DNA of 64,000 bases from Chthoniobacteraceae bacterium (GCA_031409335.1 JANNWY010000071.1:1-64000); one strand, 5' to 3'; numbered from the stretch's first letter, positions 48,975-60,096 are shown. Numbers and translations are program-made. The notes: a model not told the origin generated them from the sequence alone.

Positions 48975-50016
48975 GTTAGATTCTTTCTCCGGCCACACAT
49001 TGCTGACAGCAAACAAACAGTCCGGCTTCAACGATAAATTCGATATGACTTTTCGTTCACATAGTGAAACGCTCAATCTTGATTCTGTTAACCGTCCGGT
49101 AACAGGCAGGCCGCATTACGTCTTAATCACTGCCGCCCACAACGAGGAGGATTTTATTGAGAAAACCATTCTGTCGGTGATCGCACAAACACACCGGCCG
49201 CTTAAATGGATTGTCGTGAACGATGGTTCGAATGATAAGACCAGGGAGCGGGTAGAATCAAAAGTCCAAGGCTACGACTTCATCACCCTAGTCAATCTGG
49301 AAAGAGCAGGCGGGCGGAATTTTGGGCGGAAAATACTGGCCTTTAATCGTGGACTCGAGGAAGTGCAGTATCTTGACTATGCATTTGTGGGCAATTTGGA
49401 TGCGGACATCTCCGTTGCGCCGGACTATTTTGGAAACATTCTGGATGAATTTGCTGCCGATCGCAGACTCGGACTTGCGGGCGGGATTGTGTACACAAAA
49501 TCCGGCGCAACCTTCGTCACATACGATCAGACATTGGACAGTATCGGCGGTGCCGTACAGGTGTTTCGCCGCCAGTGCATGGAAGATGTTGGAGGCTATC
49601 CTGTCTTTGAGCAAGGCGGCGAGGACGCCGCCGTGGAAATCACCGCGCGAATGAAGGGATGGAAGGTCCGCAAATTCCCCGAGAATCGCGCTTACGAACA
49701 GCGGAGAACCGGAACGGCCAACACCGGCATCCTTCGATCGAAGGTGCGGGAAGGCAGTCGCTTTTACTCCCTTGGTTACGGCTTTTTATTTTACGCGCTT
49801 AGGTGCTTGTATCGACTGCCGGAACGCCCGTTGGTGCTTGGCAGCACCGCAGCATTATTCGGTTATTTGAAAAGCATGTTTCAAGGATTGCCGGTCAACC
49901 TGTCGGGCGAGGTGGTAAGTTATTTGCGGGCGGAGCAGCGGAAAAAACTCAGACAAATGGCTGCCGCGCCGTTCTCAATCGTGCTGCGAAAGCCGATGCG
50001 ACCAGTTTCGGATTAA
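48964..50016 (+). CDS. GT2 glycosyltransferase
   Basis: LITAAHNEE, VNDGSND, NLDAD; start uncertain. Confidence 0.9.
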   Translation: MADELDSFSGHTLLTANKQSGFNDKFDMTFRSHSETLNLDSVNRPVTGRPHYVLITAAHNEEDFIEKTILSVIAQTHRPLKWIVVNDGSNDKTRERVESKVQGYDFITLVNLERAGGRNFGRKILAFNRGLEEVQYLDYAFVGNLDADISVAPDYFGNILDEFAADRRLGLAGGIVYTKSGATFVTYDQTLDSIGGAVQVFRRQCMEDVGGYPVFEQGGEDAAVEITARMKGWKVRKFPENRAYEQRRTGTANTGILRSKVREGSRFYSLGYGFLFYALRCLYRLPERPLVLGSTAALFGYLKSMFQGLPVNLSGEVVSYLRAEQRKKLRQMAAAPFSIVLRKPMRPVSD

Positions 50017-50027
50017 ATGCCAACATT

Positions 50028-51128
50028 ATGAATCAGCGACTGCTCAAACTTTTAATCTGTCCGTCGTGCCAGAAAACCCCGCAATTGATTAGCTTTGACG
50101 GAGGCAACCCCGACCAGGGCGTTAACTTGCAGAATTGCGACGGGGAGGTTGTTTCCGGCGCTCTGAAATGCGAGTGCGGCGTGACTTTTCCCATCATTGA
50201 CGGCGTACCTCGATTCCTCGAAAACGGCTTGATCGCTGACGAGAGTTTCGCCGCTACTTACAAAGCCCAGTTGGAGAAAATCACCGGCCGCTCCAGCAAT
50301 GCTACGATGGCGACGCAGAATGGGGCCGGTGAGGATTATGAGAACATTCGAAAGTCATTCAGTCAGGAATGGGGATTGTTTGATTATGACGCCGACAAAA
50401 CGTGGGGTTGGAGTTTGGATCAGCGAAAAGCCGTTTTCTTATCGGATGTCGGCTTGAAACCCGGCCAATTGGTTGGTCAAAAACTGTTGGACGGCGGATG
50501 TGGAAACGGAACCCTGAGTGCCGCATTAAGCACCTTCGGTTTGGAAGTTACCGGCTTGGATCTCAATGATGGACTCGGGCGTGCGTATAAAAATCGGAGC
50601 AAATACACTTCGGCGGACGCGGCGGAGCGGGTGCAATACGTTCAAGGCAATCTCGTCACGCCACCACTGCAGCCCGACTCTTTTGACTTGGTTTACAGTT
50701 CGGGAGTCATCCATCACACCCCCAGCTCGAAGCGGGCATTCGCCAGCTTGTCCCGGATGCCTAGGAGAGGCGGACGTTTGTATGTCTGGGTGTATTGCAA
50801 GAGAGGTTGGCCGGTGCGCGTTTTCTTTGGCGTGGGCCGAAGCCTCAAACAGTGGATTTCGTTGAAATCCGTCTTGGGCATCTGCCAGACGCTTGCCCCA
50901 TTGCACAAAATGGCTGCGGTTTGTTTGAACGCCCTTGGCTTAATGAAGTTCAGGCCAAGGACAACGCGCGAGATTACCCTCGACCTCTTCGATGCATTCG
51001 CCCCTCGATTTAACCATTGGCATACCGAGGCGGAGGTTCAGAGTTGGTTTGAGGAATATGGGTTTGAAAACATCCAGCCCTCGGGCATTCAAAAACACGG
51101 GTTCGGAATGTATGGTGACAAACGCTGA
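50028..51128 (+). CDS. Trm112-like domain plus class I SAM methyltransferase
   Basis: LICPSC..C.CG..FPIIDGVPRF; LLDGGCGNG, SFDLVYSSGVIHHTP. Confidence 0.85.
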   Translation: MNQRLLKLLICPSCQKTPQLISFDGGNPDQGVNLQNCDGEVVSGALKCECGVTFPIIDGVPRFLENGLIADESFAATYKAQLEKITGRSSNATMATQNGAGEDYENIRKSFSQEWGLFDYDADKTWGWSLDQRKAVFLSDVGLKPGQLVGQKLLDGGCGNGTLSAALSTFGLEVTGLDLNDGLGRAYKNRSKYTSADAAERVQYVQGNLVTPPLQPDSFDLVYSSGVIHHTPSSKRAFASLSRMPRRGGRLYVWVYCKRGWPVRVFFGVGRSLKQWISLKSVLGICQTLAPLHKMAAVCLNALGLMKFRPRTTREITLDLFDAFAPRFNHWHTEAEVQSWFEEYGFENIQPSGIQKHGFGMYGDKR

Positions 51129-51181
51129 CGGAACAGTCGTTTCGCCGTCTGTTTCCTAAACTGGATCGGACGCATCGATTT

Positions 51182-53059
51182 ATGTGCGGCATTGCCGGTA
51201 TCTTCAATTTTTCCCAGGGCAGAATAGACCGGGAACTCTTGCGAAGAATGACGTCCGCCATCCGTCACCGAGGCCCAGACGGTGAGGGTGAATACGTGAA
51301 CGGCGAAATCGGCCTTGGTCACCGGCGACTAAGTATCATCGACCTTGGCGGCGGTGCCCAACCGATTGGTAACGAAGACAATAGCATACAGATTGTCTTT
51401 AACGGCGAAATCTACAACTTTGTCGAACTGCGCGATCAACTTGCGAAATGCGGGCATGAATTTAGAACGAAGTCCGACACAGAAGTCATCGTTCATGCCT
51501 ACGAACAGTGGGGAACGGCCTGCGTAAAACGGTTCAATGGCATGTTTGCGTTCGCGCTGTGGGATGGAAAGAAGCGTGAACTGTTTCTGGCACGCGATCA
51601 TCTGGGCATTAAACCTCTCTATTACATTCGCGTCCAGGACACCCTTTTGTTCGCTTCGGAGATTAAGGCTTTGTTGGAGCACCCCGCCTGTCCGCGCGAG
51701 GTCGATCTCGAGTCGCTGGCAGAGTTGTTCACTTTTCGATACGTACCTTCACCGAAGACTTTGTTTGCACAGGTGATGAAATTGCCTCCCGCCCACCTGA
51801 TGACTGTTAATTCGTCGGGAATGCGGATCGAAAGATTCTGGCAATGGGTGCCCGGTCATCGGCGCACCGAGAGTGAAGCCGACCTCGTGGAGGAATATAG
51901 GCATCTTATGGAAGACGCGGTCCGTCTGCAGATGCGCAGCGACGTGCCTTTGGGCTTGTTCCTCAGTTCCGGCGTTGATTCAGGGGTATTGCTTGCCATC
52001 ATGCGCAAGTATTCCTCCGGTCCTGTGCGAGCCTTTACCATCGGCTTCGAGGGTGGGGAAGCGACTAATGAAATCGAAGATGCTGCCGCGATGGCGCGCG
52101 ACTTCGGAGCGGATCACCAACACCAGATGCTGACGCCCGACGACTACACGGGTTACTATGACCGCTATATGCAGGATTTGGAGGAGCCTGTCGGCAACGA
52201 AACAGCCGCAGCTTTCTATTTTGTCTCCCGCATCACCAGCCGGGAGGTAAAGGTGGCGCTGACAGGCCAGGGGGCGGACGAGCAGTGGGCCGGGTATGAT
52301 CGTTACAAAGGCATCAAGCTATCGAGCATTTACAGCCGTCTGCCCGGTGGACTTCTCAACACCGTGGCTCCGCTGGCGGCGAAAATGTCCGGGCGCATGG
52401 AGCGGCTGAAGCGCGGCGTGGCATCGCTGAGTGAGCCCGATACGCTAACGCGCTTTGCCAAAGTATATTCGTTTTTTAGCGCCGCTATGAAAGCACAACT
52501 CTACAAGGGAGTGCTGAAACAATCTTTTGACGCCGACGCCTTCGGAACCCGGCGGGCGCTGGCCCGCCTGCAGTCCGATGTGCAGCATCTCGATCCGCTC
52601 AGTCAGATGCTCTACATCGACACCCGCGCCAGTCTGCCTGATGACCTTTTGATGGTCGGCGACAAAACCTCGATGGCCAACTCACTCGAAGCCCGGGTTC
52701 CTTTCCTCGACTACCGGCTCGTCGAGTTTGTCGAAAGCCTCCCGGTTAACTTGAAGCTGCGGGGCTTTACCGGAAAGTACTTGCACAAAAAAGCCTGTGA
52801 GCAGTGGCTGCCGAAGCAGGTGATTCACAGAAAGAAGAAGGGTTTTGCCAATCCTATTGCGGACTGGTTCCGCTCGAGAATGCAGGGATTCGTCGAGGAA
52901 TGCCTGCTGGGTTCACAATCGTCGATGGGGCTGTATTTCGATCAGCAATACATTCGGCGGATCATCGAGGAAGACCGTTCGGGAAAGCAGAATTGGCGGA
53001 GGAACATATACTTGCTGGTGTCTTTGGAGTTATGGCACCGGGCATTTATCAAAAAGTGA
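51182..53059 (+). CDS. asnB: Asparagine synthase (glutamine-hydrolysing) family amidotransferase
   Basis: MCGIAG, HRGPD, RRLSIID, NGEIYN, LSSGVDS, GQGADE, EARVPFLD. Confidence 0.93.
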   Translation: MCGIAGIFNFSQGRIDRELLRRMTSAIRHRGPDGEGEYVNGEIGLGHRRLSIIDLGGGAQPIGNEDNSIQIVFNGEIYNFVELRDQLAKCGHEFRTKSDTEVIVHAYEQWGTACVKRFNGMFAFALWDGKKRELFLARDHLGIKPLYYIRVQDTLLFASEIKALLEHPACPREVDLESLAELFTFRYVPSPKTLFAQVMKLPPAHLMTVNSSGMRIERFWQWVPGHRRTESEADLVEEYRHLMEDAVRLQMRSDVPLGLFLSSGVDSGVLLAIMRKYSSGPVRAFTIGFEGGEATNEIEDAAAMARDFGADHQHQMLTPDDYTGYYDRYMQDLEEPVGNETAAAFYFVSRITSREVKVALTGQGADEQWAGYDRYKGIKLSSIYSRLPGGLLNTVAPLAAKMSGRMERLKRGVASLSEPDTLTRFAKVYSFFSAAMKAQLYKGVLKQSFDADAFGTRRALARLQSDVQHLDPLSQMLYIDTRASLPDDLLMVGDKTSMANSLEARVPFLDYRLVEFVESLPVNLKLRGFTGKYLHKKACEQWLPKQVIHRKKKGFANPIADWFRSRMQGFVEECLLGSQSSMGLYFDQQYIRRIIEEDRSGKQNWRRNIYLLVSLELWHRAFIKK

Positions 53060-54087
53060 AACGCACACTTTCCATCCTGATTGTCAACTGGCACTCCCGG
53101 GACTATCTCCAGCGCTGTCTTGAGAGCGTGGAGGCTACTTGCCGCGAGCTTTCACCCCAAGTGATTGTCGTCGATGGCGCGTCCTTCGATGGGTGCGACC
53201 AAATGATGGCGCGACAATTTCCTTCCGCAAAGTTTATTCAGAGTGAGCACAACATCGGATTCGGGCGCTGCAACAATTTGGGATTGGCGCAGATTAACAG
53301 CGACCTGGTTCTGCTGCTGAACCCGGACACGGAACTACACAACGGCGCGCTGGCTCGTTTGATGCAGGTGCTCGATGACAATCCCGAATATGGAATTGTG
53401 TCCGGTCGCCTTCTGAATTCGGACGGCACTTTGCAATCCAGTTGCGTGCAATCGCTGCCGACGCCTATAAATCAGGCGCTGGACTGCGATTTTCTCAGGA
53501 AAGTATTCCCTGCTTCCAGGCTCTGGGGCACCGGCGCGGCATTTGCGAGCGAGACGCCGATCGAGGTGGAGGCAGTTAGCGGGGCTTGCATGCTGCTGCG
53601 AACGGAGGTCTTTCGAGGTCTTGGGGGTTTTAGAGATGATTACTTCATGTATGGCGAGGATATTGACCTTTGCTACAGGGTGCGTGCGCAGGGCCTTAAA
53701 GTGATCTTCGTCCCCGATGCGAAAACCGTCCATCATGGCGGCGGCAGTTCCCGCACACAATTTAGCGGCTTCAGCGACAAGATGCTTCGGGTTGCCGGGG
53801 AAACTTATTTCAGGCAGAATTGCGGAAAGGCGGCGGCACTACTATACCGTCTTCTCCAGGCGGTTTCAGCAATCGTTCGACTTCCGTTGATCGTTCTGGC
53901 GTTTTTGATGTTCTCCGGGGAGCGCCGCCTTGCAGCGCGTGTTTCTGCGCAGAAATGGATGGTGGTGCTGCGCTGGGCATTGGGAGAAAGGCAGACACTT
54001 CCTCGGACATCACCCAAAGCCACTACTCCTGTTCGGCATTCGCCCATGAAGGAAACGCCCCAGGAAACTCCTATTTCCACAATATGA
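53056..54087 (+). CDS. GT2 glycosyltransferase
   Basis: SILIVNW, NIGFGRCNN, LLNPDT, SGACML, MYGEDIDLC. Confidence 0.92.
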   Translation: MKRTLSILIVNWHSRDYLQRCLESVEATCRELSPQVIVVDGASFDGCDQMMARQFPSAKFIQSEHNIGFGRCNNLGLAQINSDLVLLLNPDTELHNGALARLMQVLDDNPEYGIVSGRLLNSDGTLQSSCVQSLPTPINQALDCDFLRKVFPASRLWGTGAAFASETPIEVEAVSGACMLLRTEVFRGLGGFRDDYFMYGEDIDLCYRVRAQGLKVIFVPDAKTVHHGGGSSRTQFSGFSDKMLRVAGETYFRQNCGKAAALLYRLLQAVSAIVRLPLIVLAFLMFSGERRLAARVSAQKWMVVLRWALGERQTLPRTSPKATTPVRHSPMKETPQETPISTI

Positions 54088-55277
54088 AAATCAACTCGCT
54101 GGTTTTGCTCGCCACTTGCGCGCTGGCCCTTGTCAATTCGTGTCTGGCCGATGGCGTTTATTACATTCGACCGGACGCGGGAGGGACGAAAGACGGTTCC
54201 GACTGGAACAACGCCTACACCGCACTGCCGAAGGCGATGCAACGGGGATCTACCTACTACATCGCAGATGGCAGCTACTCCAAACATAGCTTCGATGCTC
54301 CAGAGGCATCAGCTCAAACGATCACCGTCAGAAAGGCGACCGATGCCGATCACGGCACCGATGAAGGATGGGCTCCCGCATATGGCGATGGCGTGGCTGA
54401 ATTTCCCGGACTGACGTTCAATACGGACTGGTGGATTCTCGACGGTGCCGGACGAAAACATCCCGATAGCGGATGCGGCCTTCGGATCACCAATATGGTT
54501 GATCTCAGCACCCTCGTGACACTGGAAGGAAAACGATCTCACATCACCATTCGTTGCGTGGAACTCGCAGGCGATGCGGCTCTGGAAAAGCGAATTACAG
54601 GAATCTACGGGGTGCAGGGCCCATCTCACATAGAAATTCAACATTGCCACATCCACGACTTATTCGGAGTTCCTTTTCACTTTATCGACGCAACGAACAT
54701 TTTGATCGAGTTCTGCCTGATCGCACGCACCAAGAGCACCGCGGAATGGCATACCGCAGGAATTCAAGCCCGGGGCTGCACGGCATTAACTGTCCGTTAC
54801 AACAAGTGGGAAGATATCAACGGAACCGCGGTGATTGTGAGCGGCAGCGGAAATTCCTCCCGCTGGAATGTCCATGGCAACATTTTTCTTCGCGGCAATG
54901 TGGGTCATGGGATGGTCGCCGACAATGACTGGGACACCATTGAGGATGTGCTGGTTTCGGGAAACATCATCGTTGGGCATCGTGGCAATGCGGGCATGAA
55001 TTTTTTCAAGTCGAAAGGCCGCATTACTATTGTTGATAATGTTTGGTACGACAATTCGTGGATATCCTTCAGCGGCGTAACCACCCAGGATTACAATCAT
55101 TTTTCCAACTGTAAGTTTCCGTTCGCTTTCCAACCGGCATCCCATGAAACCCCCGTGCGCCGAGGCGAGGACGCAAACTATTCCATTGTGAAAACCTCGC
55201 CGTTTTCCGACTTGGCGAAGGGAGACTTTTCCCTGTCCCGAGATGCGCTTCAGGCTATCACCCACGAAAAGAAGTAA
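54084..55277 (+). CDS. Secreted right-handed beta-helix protein (polysaccharide lyase/modifier-like)
   Basis: Signal peptide; YYIRPDAGG..DGSDWNNA, YYIADGSY, beta-helix-like repeats (IEIQHCHIHD, VRYN, VHGNIF, VSGNII). Confidence 0.7.
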   Translation: MKINSLVLLATCALALVNSCLADGVYYIRPDAGGTKDGSDWNNAYTALPKAMQRGSTYYIADGSYSKHSFDAPEASAQTITVRKATDADHGTDEGWAPAYGDGVAEFPGLTFNTDWWILDGAGRKHPDSGCGLRITNMVDLSTLVTLEGKRSHITIRCVELAGDAALEKRITGIYGVQGPSHIEIQHCHIHDLFGVPFHFIDATNILIEFCLIARTKSTAEWHTAGIQARGCTALTVRYNKWEDINGTAVIVSGSGNSSRWNVHGNIFLRGNVGHGMVADNDWDTIEDVLVSGNIIVGHRGNAGMNFFKSKGRITIVDNVWYDNSWISFSGVTTQDYNHFSNCKFPFAFQPASHETPVRRGEDANYSIVKTSPFSDLAKGDFSLSRDALQAITHEKK

Positions 55278-55322
55278 GCTTGCCCATCCCGCGTTGCATT
55301 TTAGAAACATCTCTTATCCCGC

Positions 55323-55982
55323 ATGAAAATCGTTAAGTTAATCCGACCCGCACAATTCGCATGGATTGCCATGAATGAGCATTATCTCAACATCGATACT
55401 TCCGATAAAGTGCAATACGCTGAGACGCCCGGATGGTGGCGCGGACCGAAGACTTCCGCCGCACGGCACCAGGATAACTGCGCTTACGGGACGCCGGATT
55501 ATTACTACATCTATCGCATCATCAAAGTGCTCGATCCGCAGAAGGACGATGTGGTCTATGATATTGGCTCCGGGAAAGGGCGGATTCTTTGTGTGATGAG
55601 TCGCCGCGACGTGAAAAAGTGCGTCGGCATCGAACTTTTCGAGGACCTCTGTGTTGCGGCGCGCGCGAACGCGGAGAAAATGCGCGGCAGGCGCGCGCCG
55701 ATCGAGATTCGGTGTGAAGATGCCTCCATCGCCGATGTGTCGGATGGGACGGTGTATTTCCTTTTCAACCCCTTTGGCAAGGAGACGCTGACCGAGATGC
55801 TCGCCAATATCAAAGACTCCCTCTCGAAGAATCCGCGGCGGGTGCGAATCGTGTACTACAATAGCGTTTGTCGTGACGTTTTTGACTCTTGCGCGTGGCT
55901 CAAACGCTACTCGGAGTTTCGGACTTTCAACGGATTGGAAATCGCGTTTTACGAGAGCAAGGGAAGTCAGGCATCGGTCTGA
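55323..55982 (+). CDS. Class I SAM-dependent methyltransferase
   Basis: VYDIGSGKGR, GIEL, YFLFNPF. Confidence 0.88.
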   Translation: MKIVKLIRPAQFAWIAMNEHYLNIDTSDKVQYAETPGWWRGPKTSAARHQDNCAYGTPDYYYIYRIIKVLDPQKDDVVYDIGSGKGRILCVMSRRDVKKCVGIELFEDLCVAARANAEKMRGRRAPIEIRCEDASIADVSDGTVYFLFNPFGKETLTEMLANIKDSLSKNPRRVRIVYYNSVCRDVFDSCAWLKRYSEFRTFNGLEIAFYESKGSQASV

Positions 55983-56008
55983 AACGACACCGGCGGTAGC
56001 AGCACAAC

Positions 56009-57355
56009 ATGAACGCGCCTGTTTTCATCTTCATGCTGCTGAATGTGCTTGGTATTCTAGCATTGCCCCGGACGTGGGCGCCGTTGCCGCTTCTGGTTGG
56101 CGCGTGTTATATGACGCTGGGGCAAGGGATCGAGGTGGGGCCGTTTAACTTCACGATCATTCGCATCCTGATCGGCGCCGGCCTGCTCCGGCTGCTCTTG
56201 CGCGGTGAGCGATTGGCGGGTGGACTGAATAGAATGGACCGCCTTATGATGCTCTGGGCAGTTTGGGCGGTGGTGAGCGTGCCATTGCTCAACGACCTCT
56301 CCGGTGAACTCGACTCCTCCGATGAGTATATCTTCCGACTAGGTCTCGTCTATAATACCTGTGGCCTCTACTTCCTTCTCCGCGCCCTCTGTCATACGCT
56401 GGAAGATGTCGTCGGACTTTGCCGGATGATTGCACTTTTGCTGGCTCCACTGGCGATAGAGATGGTTCTGGAAATGGCGAGCGGGTCCAATCTATTCGCC
56501 GCTTTTGGCGGAGTTCCGGAGATTTCTGACATGAGGCAGGGGAGGTTCCGCGCACAGGGTCCGTTCTCGCACGCGATCCTCGCCGGCACGGTGGGCGCGG
56601 TGTCGATTCCGCTGCTGATTGGGATATGGAGATTGCAGCGACCCTTCGCGATCGTCGGAAGCATCGCCTGCGTCACGATGGTCGTGACCTGTGCATCCAG
56701 CGGCCCGATTATGAGTCTGCTCGCCGCAGTCGTGTCGCTCTGGATGTGGAAGCATCGCGAGAAAATGGGGCTGGTGCGAAAGGCTGCGGTCTTTGGCTAT
56801 ATTGCGCTGGATATTTTCATGAAAGCTCCCGCCTATTTCGTGCTGGCGCGCATGGACATCGTCGGCGGAAGCACGGGATGGCATCGGGCGGCTTTGATTG
56901 AAACTGCGATCGAACATTTCAACGAGTGGTGGCTGGGCGGGACAAACTTTACGAGGCATTGGCTGCCGACCGGGGTGTCTTGGAGTCCGAATCACACGGA
57001 CATTACCAATCATTACCTCCATCTCGGGGTCATCGGTGGAATGCCTTTGGTCATTATCTTCTTCGCCATTCTGGTGAAAGGGTTTTCCTTTATCGGGCAG
57101 ATTCTCCGCAACCGTCCGGATCTGCCGGCGGAATCACAGTTTTTAGTCTGGGCGCTGGGCTCGTCCCTGTTCGTGCATGCGACGACGTTTGTTTCAGTGG
57201 CATACTTCGATCAATCGTTCGTCCTCATCTATGTCACGCTGGGTGCCATCAGTTCCCTCTACTCTGCGGCGGGCAATGTGGAAATCGCGTCGAACTTGCC
57301 TGAAGACGAGTTTGCGGAATGGGAGCCGGCCGAGTCCGCCCACGCCGTTCATTGA
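56009..57355 (+). CDS. Wzy polymerase / O-antigen ligase-like membrane protein
   Basis: About 11 TM helices; RAQGPFSHAILAG, SSGP, TGWHR, DITNHY. Confidence 0.8.
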   Translation: MNAPVFIFMLLNVLGILALPRTWAPLPLLVGACYMTLGQGIEVGPFNFTIIRILIGAGLLRLLLRGERLAGGLNRMDRLMMLWAVWAVVSVPLLNDLSGELDSSDEYIFRLGLVYNTCGLYFLLRALCHTLEDVVGLCRMIALLLAPLAIEMVLEMASGSNLFAAFGGVPEISDMRQGRFRAQGPFSHAILAGTVGAVSIPLLIGIWRLQRPFAIVGSIACVTMVVTCASSGPIMSLLAAVVSLWMWKHREKMGLVRKAAVFGYIALDIFMKAPAYFVLARMDIVGGSTGWHRAALIETAIEHFNEWWLGGTNFTRHWLPTGVSWSPNHTDITNHYLHLGVIGGMPLVIIFFAILVKGFSFIGQILRNRPDLPAESQFLVWALGSSLFVHATTFVSVAYFDQSFVLIYVTLGAISSLYSAAGNVEIASNLPEDEFAEWEPAESAHAVH

Positions 57356-57369
57356 AAACGCCGGGAGCT

Positions 57370-58587
57370 ATGAACCCAGCATCGCTAGATACCGTCGAGA
57401 CTCCGCCCGAGCGGCAGGTTTGTGTGCGTGTTCTCGATCGAGTCGATGAACTGGAGCGTGTGCGGAATTTGTGGAATGCCCACGAAGCGCACCCGAATAA
57501 TGATCTCGACTATTTTTCTCTGATCGCACGTTTTCGGAAAGAAGTGCTCGGTCCTTTGGTGGTCACGCTGGAGTCAGGCGGCGAACTTCGTGCGTCGCTG
57601 GCGGGGCGCATTGAGGACACCAGGCAGAAGTTTCAGTTTGGCTATGTTGGTTGCGGGAGTGTGGGGGTTAGGAAACTGGCGTTTGTCACGAGTGGCGCTC
57701 TCGGCAAAATCTCCCGCGAAGATGCCCAAATGCTAATCGACTCCATCCAGTCCGCACTCCGCGAGCGTGGTTTGGACTTCGCTGTCCTGCACAATCAGCC
57801 AGTGGATTCGTGGCTGGCGCGTGAAGCACAGACCAGCGTGACAACATGGCGGAGAGATGGTGGCGGACGGGAGCGCGAGCATTGGCGCATGACTTTGCCG
57901 GGCAGTTTCGAGGAGTTTCTCGCGCGGCGGAAAAAGAAACATCGTTACTGGTTGAACCGGCTGCCGCGTGTGTTGGAGAAAGCCTTTCCTGGAAAAGTGG
58001 AAACGAAAACTTTCGAGACATTGGCCGATGTGCCGCAATTCTGCCGGGATGCGGATGCGGTGGCCACGCTGACCTATCAACGGAAGCTCGGCGCAGGATT
58101 TGCGAACGTCGGAGAGACGCGGGAATATTGCGAACTGCTGGCCGCGCGACAGGCGCTGAAAGGTTACATCGTATATGTCGATGGCCAGCCATGCGCCTAC
58201 TGGCTCGCCTCCACCCATCGCGAAGTTCTTTTCCTTCATGCCACCGGATACGATCCCGAGTTTCGCAAATACGAGGTGGGAACGATTTTGTTCCTGAATC
58301 TAATTCGGGATGCCTGCGGGACGGTCTTGGAGAAAGTCGATTTCGGGCTGGGTGCGGCGGACTACAAAGAGCGGTTCGGTGACGAATGCTGGCTGGAGAA
58401 AGATTACTATATTTTCGCACCCAGCCTACGCGGAGTGATGCTGAACGCAGTAGTTTCCGGCGGTTTCGTTGCGGAAAAGGCGGCGCGCTGGCTGGTCGCG
58501 AAGGCCGGTCCGGTCAGCCGCCTCAAACAACTCTGGCGAAGGCGTCTGGTTGCCGGTGATACGAAGACGGAGGCCGACAGCGCATGA
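57370..58587 (+). CDS. GNAT family (CelD/BcsL-like) acetyltransferase
   Basis: SFEEFLA, TGYDP, VGTILF, DFGLGAADYKERF. Confidence 0.82.
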   Translation: MNPASLDTVETPPERQVCVRVLDRVDELERVRNLWNAHEAHPNNDLDYFSLIARFRKEVLGPLVVTLESGGELRASLAGRIEDTRQKFQFGYVGCGSVGVRKLAFVTSGALGKISREDAQMLIDSIQSALRERGLDFAVLHNQPVDSWLAREAQTSVTTWRRDGGGREREHWRMTLPGSFEEFLARRKKKHRYWLNRLPRVLEKAFPGKVETKTFETLADVPQFCRDADAVATLTYQRKLGAGFANVGETREYCELLAARQALKGYIVYVDGQPCAYWLASTHREVLFLHATGYDPEFRKYEVGTILFLNLIRDACGTVLEKVDFGLGAADYKERFGDECWLEKDYYIFAPSLRGVMLNAVVSGGFVAEKAARWLVAKAGPVSRLKQLWRRRLVAGDTKTEADSA

Positions 58588-60092
58588 GTGGTGAATTGGA
58601 GATCGAAGACCCAGTCGCCCGCGAGGAGCGCACCCGGCAGACCCATCGGCGCGTGATGAAGAGCAGCGCGATCCTGACTTCGGGAAGGATGCTCGTCTAT
58701 CTGCTGTCGTTCACGCGAAATATCATCCTTGTCCGAATGCTCACCAAGGCGGACTTTGGGCTGGCCGCCGTGTTCGGGCTGACCATCGGAATGCTGGAAG
58801 TCGCCGGGCGGATGGCATTCGGACAACAGGTCATCCAAAATCGCGCAGGAGATTCGGAGTCCTTTCTCGCGACCTCCCATGCCTTTCAAATGATCGCGGG
58901 AATTGGCGGAGCAGTCTTGTTTGCGTTAATGAGCGTTCCGCTGGCATACCTATTCGAGGTGCCACAATGCTGGCCTTCGTTCGCTTTGCTCGGGTGTGTG
59001 CCCTTGTGCAAAGCCTTCGAGCATCTCGATGTCTTCCGCCAGCAGCGCGAATTGAAGTTTCTGCCTGCCGCAGTCGTGGAAGTCACGCCGCAACTCATCA
59101 TCACGCTCGCCGCCTGGCCGCTGACCCTTTGGTTGAAAGACTACCGCGTCATCGTCTGGCTCATGGCTGGCAACGCCGCGCTGGCGGCGGTGATGAGCCA
59201 TCTCGCGGCGGAGCGTCCCTATCGCTGCGCATGGCATCGGGAACATGGCCGACCGATGTTTGCCTTTGCGTGGCCGCTGCTGCTGAATGGGTTGATTATG
59301 TTTCTCTGTCAGGAAGCAGATCAGATTCTCGTGGGGAAAAGTTTTTCGCTGAGCGCGCTCGCCGGCTATTCCCTCGCGCTCACGCTGGTGAGCATTCCCT
59401 TTTTCGTTTTCGCGCAAACTGCCTCATCGCTCATGCTCCCGATTCTTTCCCGCTCTCAGGACGACGGGGAAAAGTATCGCGCCTCCTACCGTGAATGCGT
59501 GACCTATGCAGCGATGGCCTCGGTCTTTCTGCTCCTGCCGCTGATCGTTGCGGGCGAGCAGATCGCGACACTCCTCTACGGAGAAAAATACGCGGGCGTC
59601 GGCACGGCCATCGCCGTCCTCGGGGCTGCGTCCGCTGTCCGCTTCGTGCGCTTCGCGCCGTCCATCGCGGCGATGGCCCGGGCGGATACTGTGAACCTGC
59701 TCTACGCGAACTTATGGCGGGCCGTCAGCCTTCCGCTCGCCATCGCAGTCGTGATGATAATAGGACAGGATGTCGTGCTCGTGGCAGCTTGTGCTTTGAT
59801 CGCGGAAACTGCTGCAGCGTTCTTTTCGATCTATCGCCTCCGGCAACGGCAGGGCATTCCGCTGGGCGACAATCTTGCCGCTGGTCTCTTCATTGGATCG
59901 TTTTTGGCGATCGGGCTGGGTGTTGTTTTTGCGGGAGCAAATCATTGGAGCGCCTGGCTGGCTTCCGGGGTCACCGTTCTCATTCTGGCGGCGGCGATCG
60001 TTACTTCGTTGATTCTCTTTCCGAATGCCTGGACTCTTCTCAGCCGCGCCACTGGCTGGACATGGCGCGGGCGACTGGCTTCCGCTGCCTAG
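58584..60092 (+). CDS. Oligosaccharide flippase (Wzx)
   Basis: IILVRMLTKADFG, DQILVGK, LAGYSLA, LLYGEKY; many TM helices. Confidence 0.88.
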   Translation: MSGELEIEDPVAREERTRQTHRRVMKSSAILTSGRMLVYLLSFTRNIILVRMLTKADFGLAAVFGLTIGMLEVAGRMAFGQQVIQNRAGDSESFLATSHAFQMIAGIGGAVLFALMSVPLAYLFEVPQCWPSFALLGCVPLCKAFEHLDVFRQQRELKFLPAAVVEVTPQLIITLAAWPLTLWLKDYRVIVWLMAGNAALAAVMSHLAAERPYRCAWHREHGRPMFAFAWPLLLNGLIMFLCQEADQILVGKSFSLSALAGYSLALTLVSIPFFVFAQTASSLMLPILSRSQDDGEKYRASYRECVTYAAMASVFLLLPLIVAGEQIATLLYGEKYAGVGTAIAVLGAASAVRFVRFAPSIAAMARADTVNLLYANLWRAVSLPLAIAVVMIIGQDVVLVAACALIAETAAAFFSIYRLRQRQGIPLGDNLAAGLFIGSFLAIGLGVVFAGANHWSAWLASGVTVLILAAAIVTSLILFPNAWTLLSRATGWTWRGRLASAA

Positions 60093-60096
60093 TTTC

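Noticed and set aside
55992..56000. GGCGGTAGC ops-like motif before the wzy-like gene
   Set aside because: The same short motif occurs inside unrelated CDSs in this window, so it is consistent with chance.
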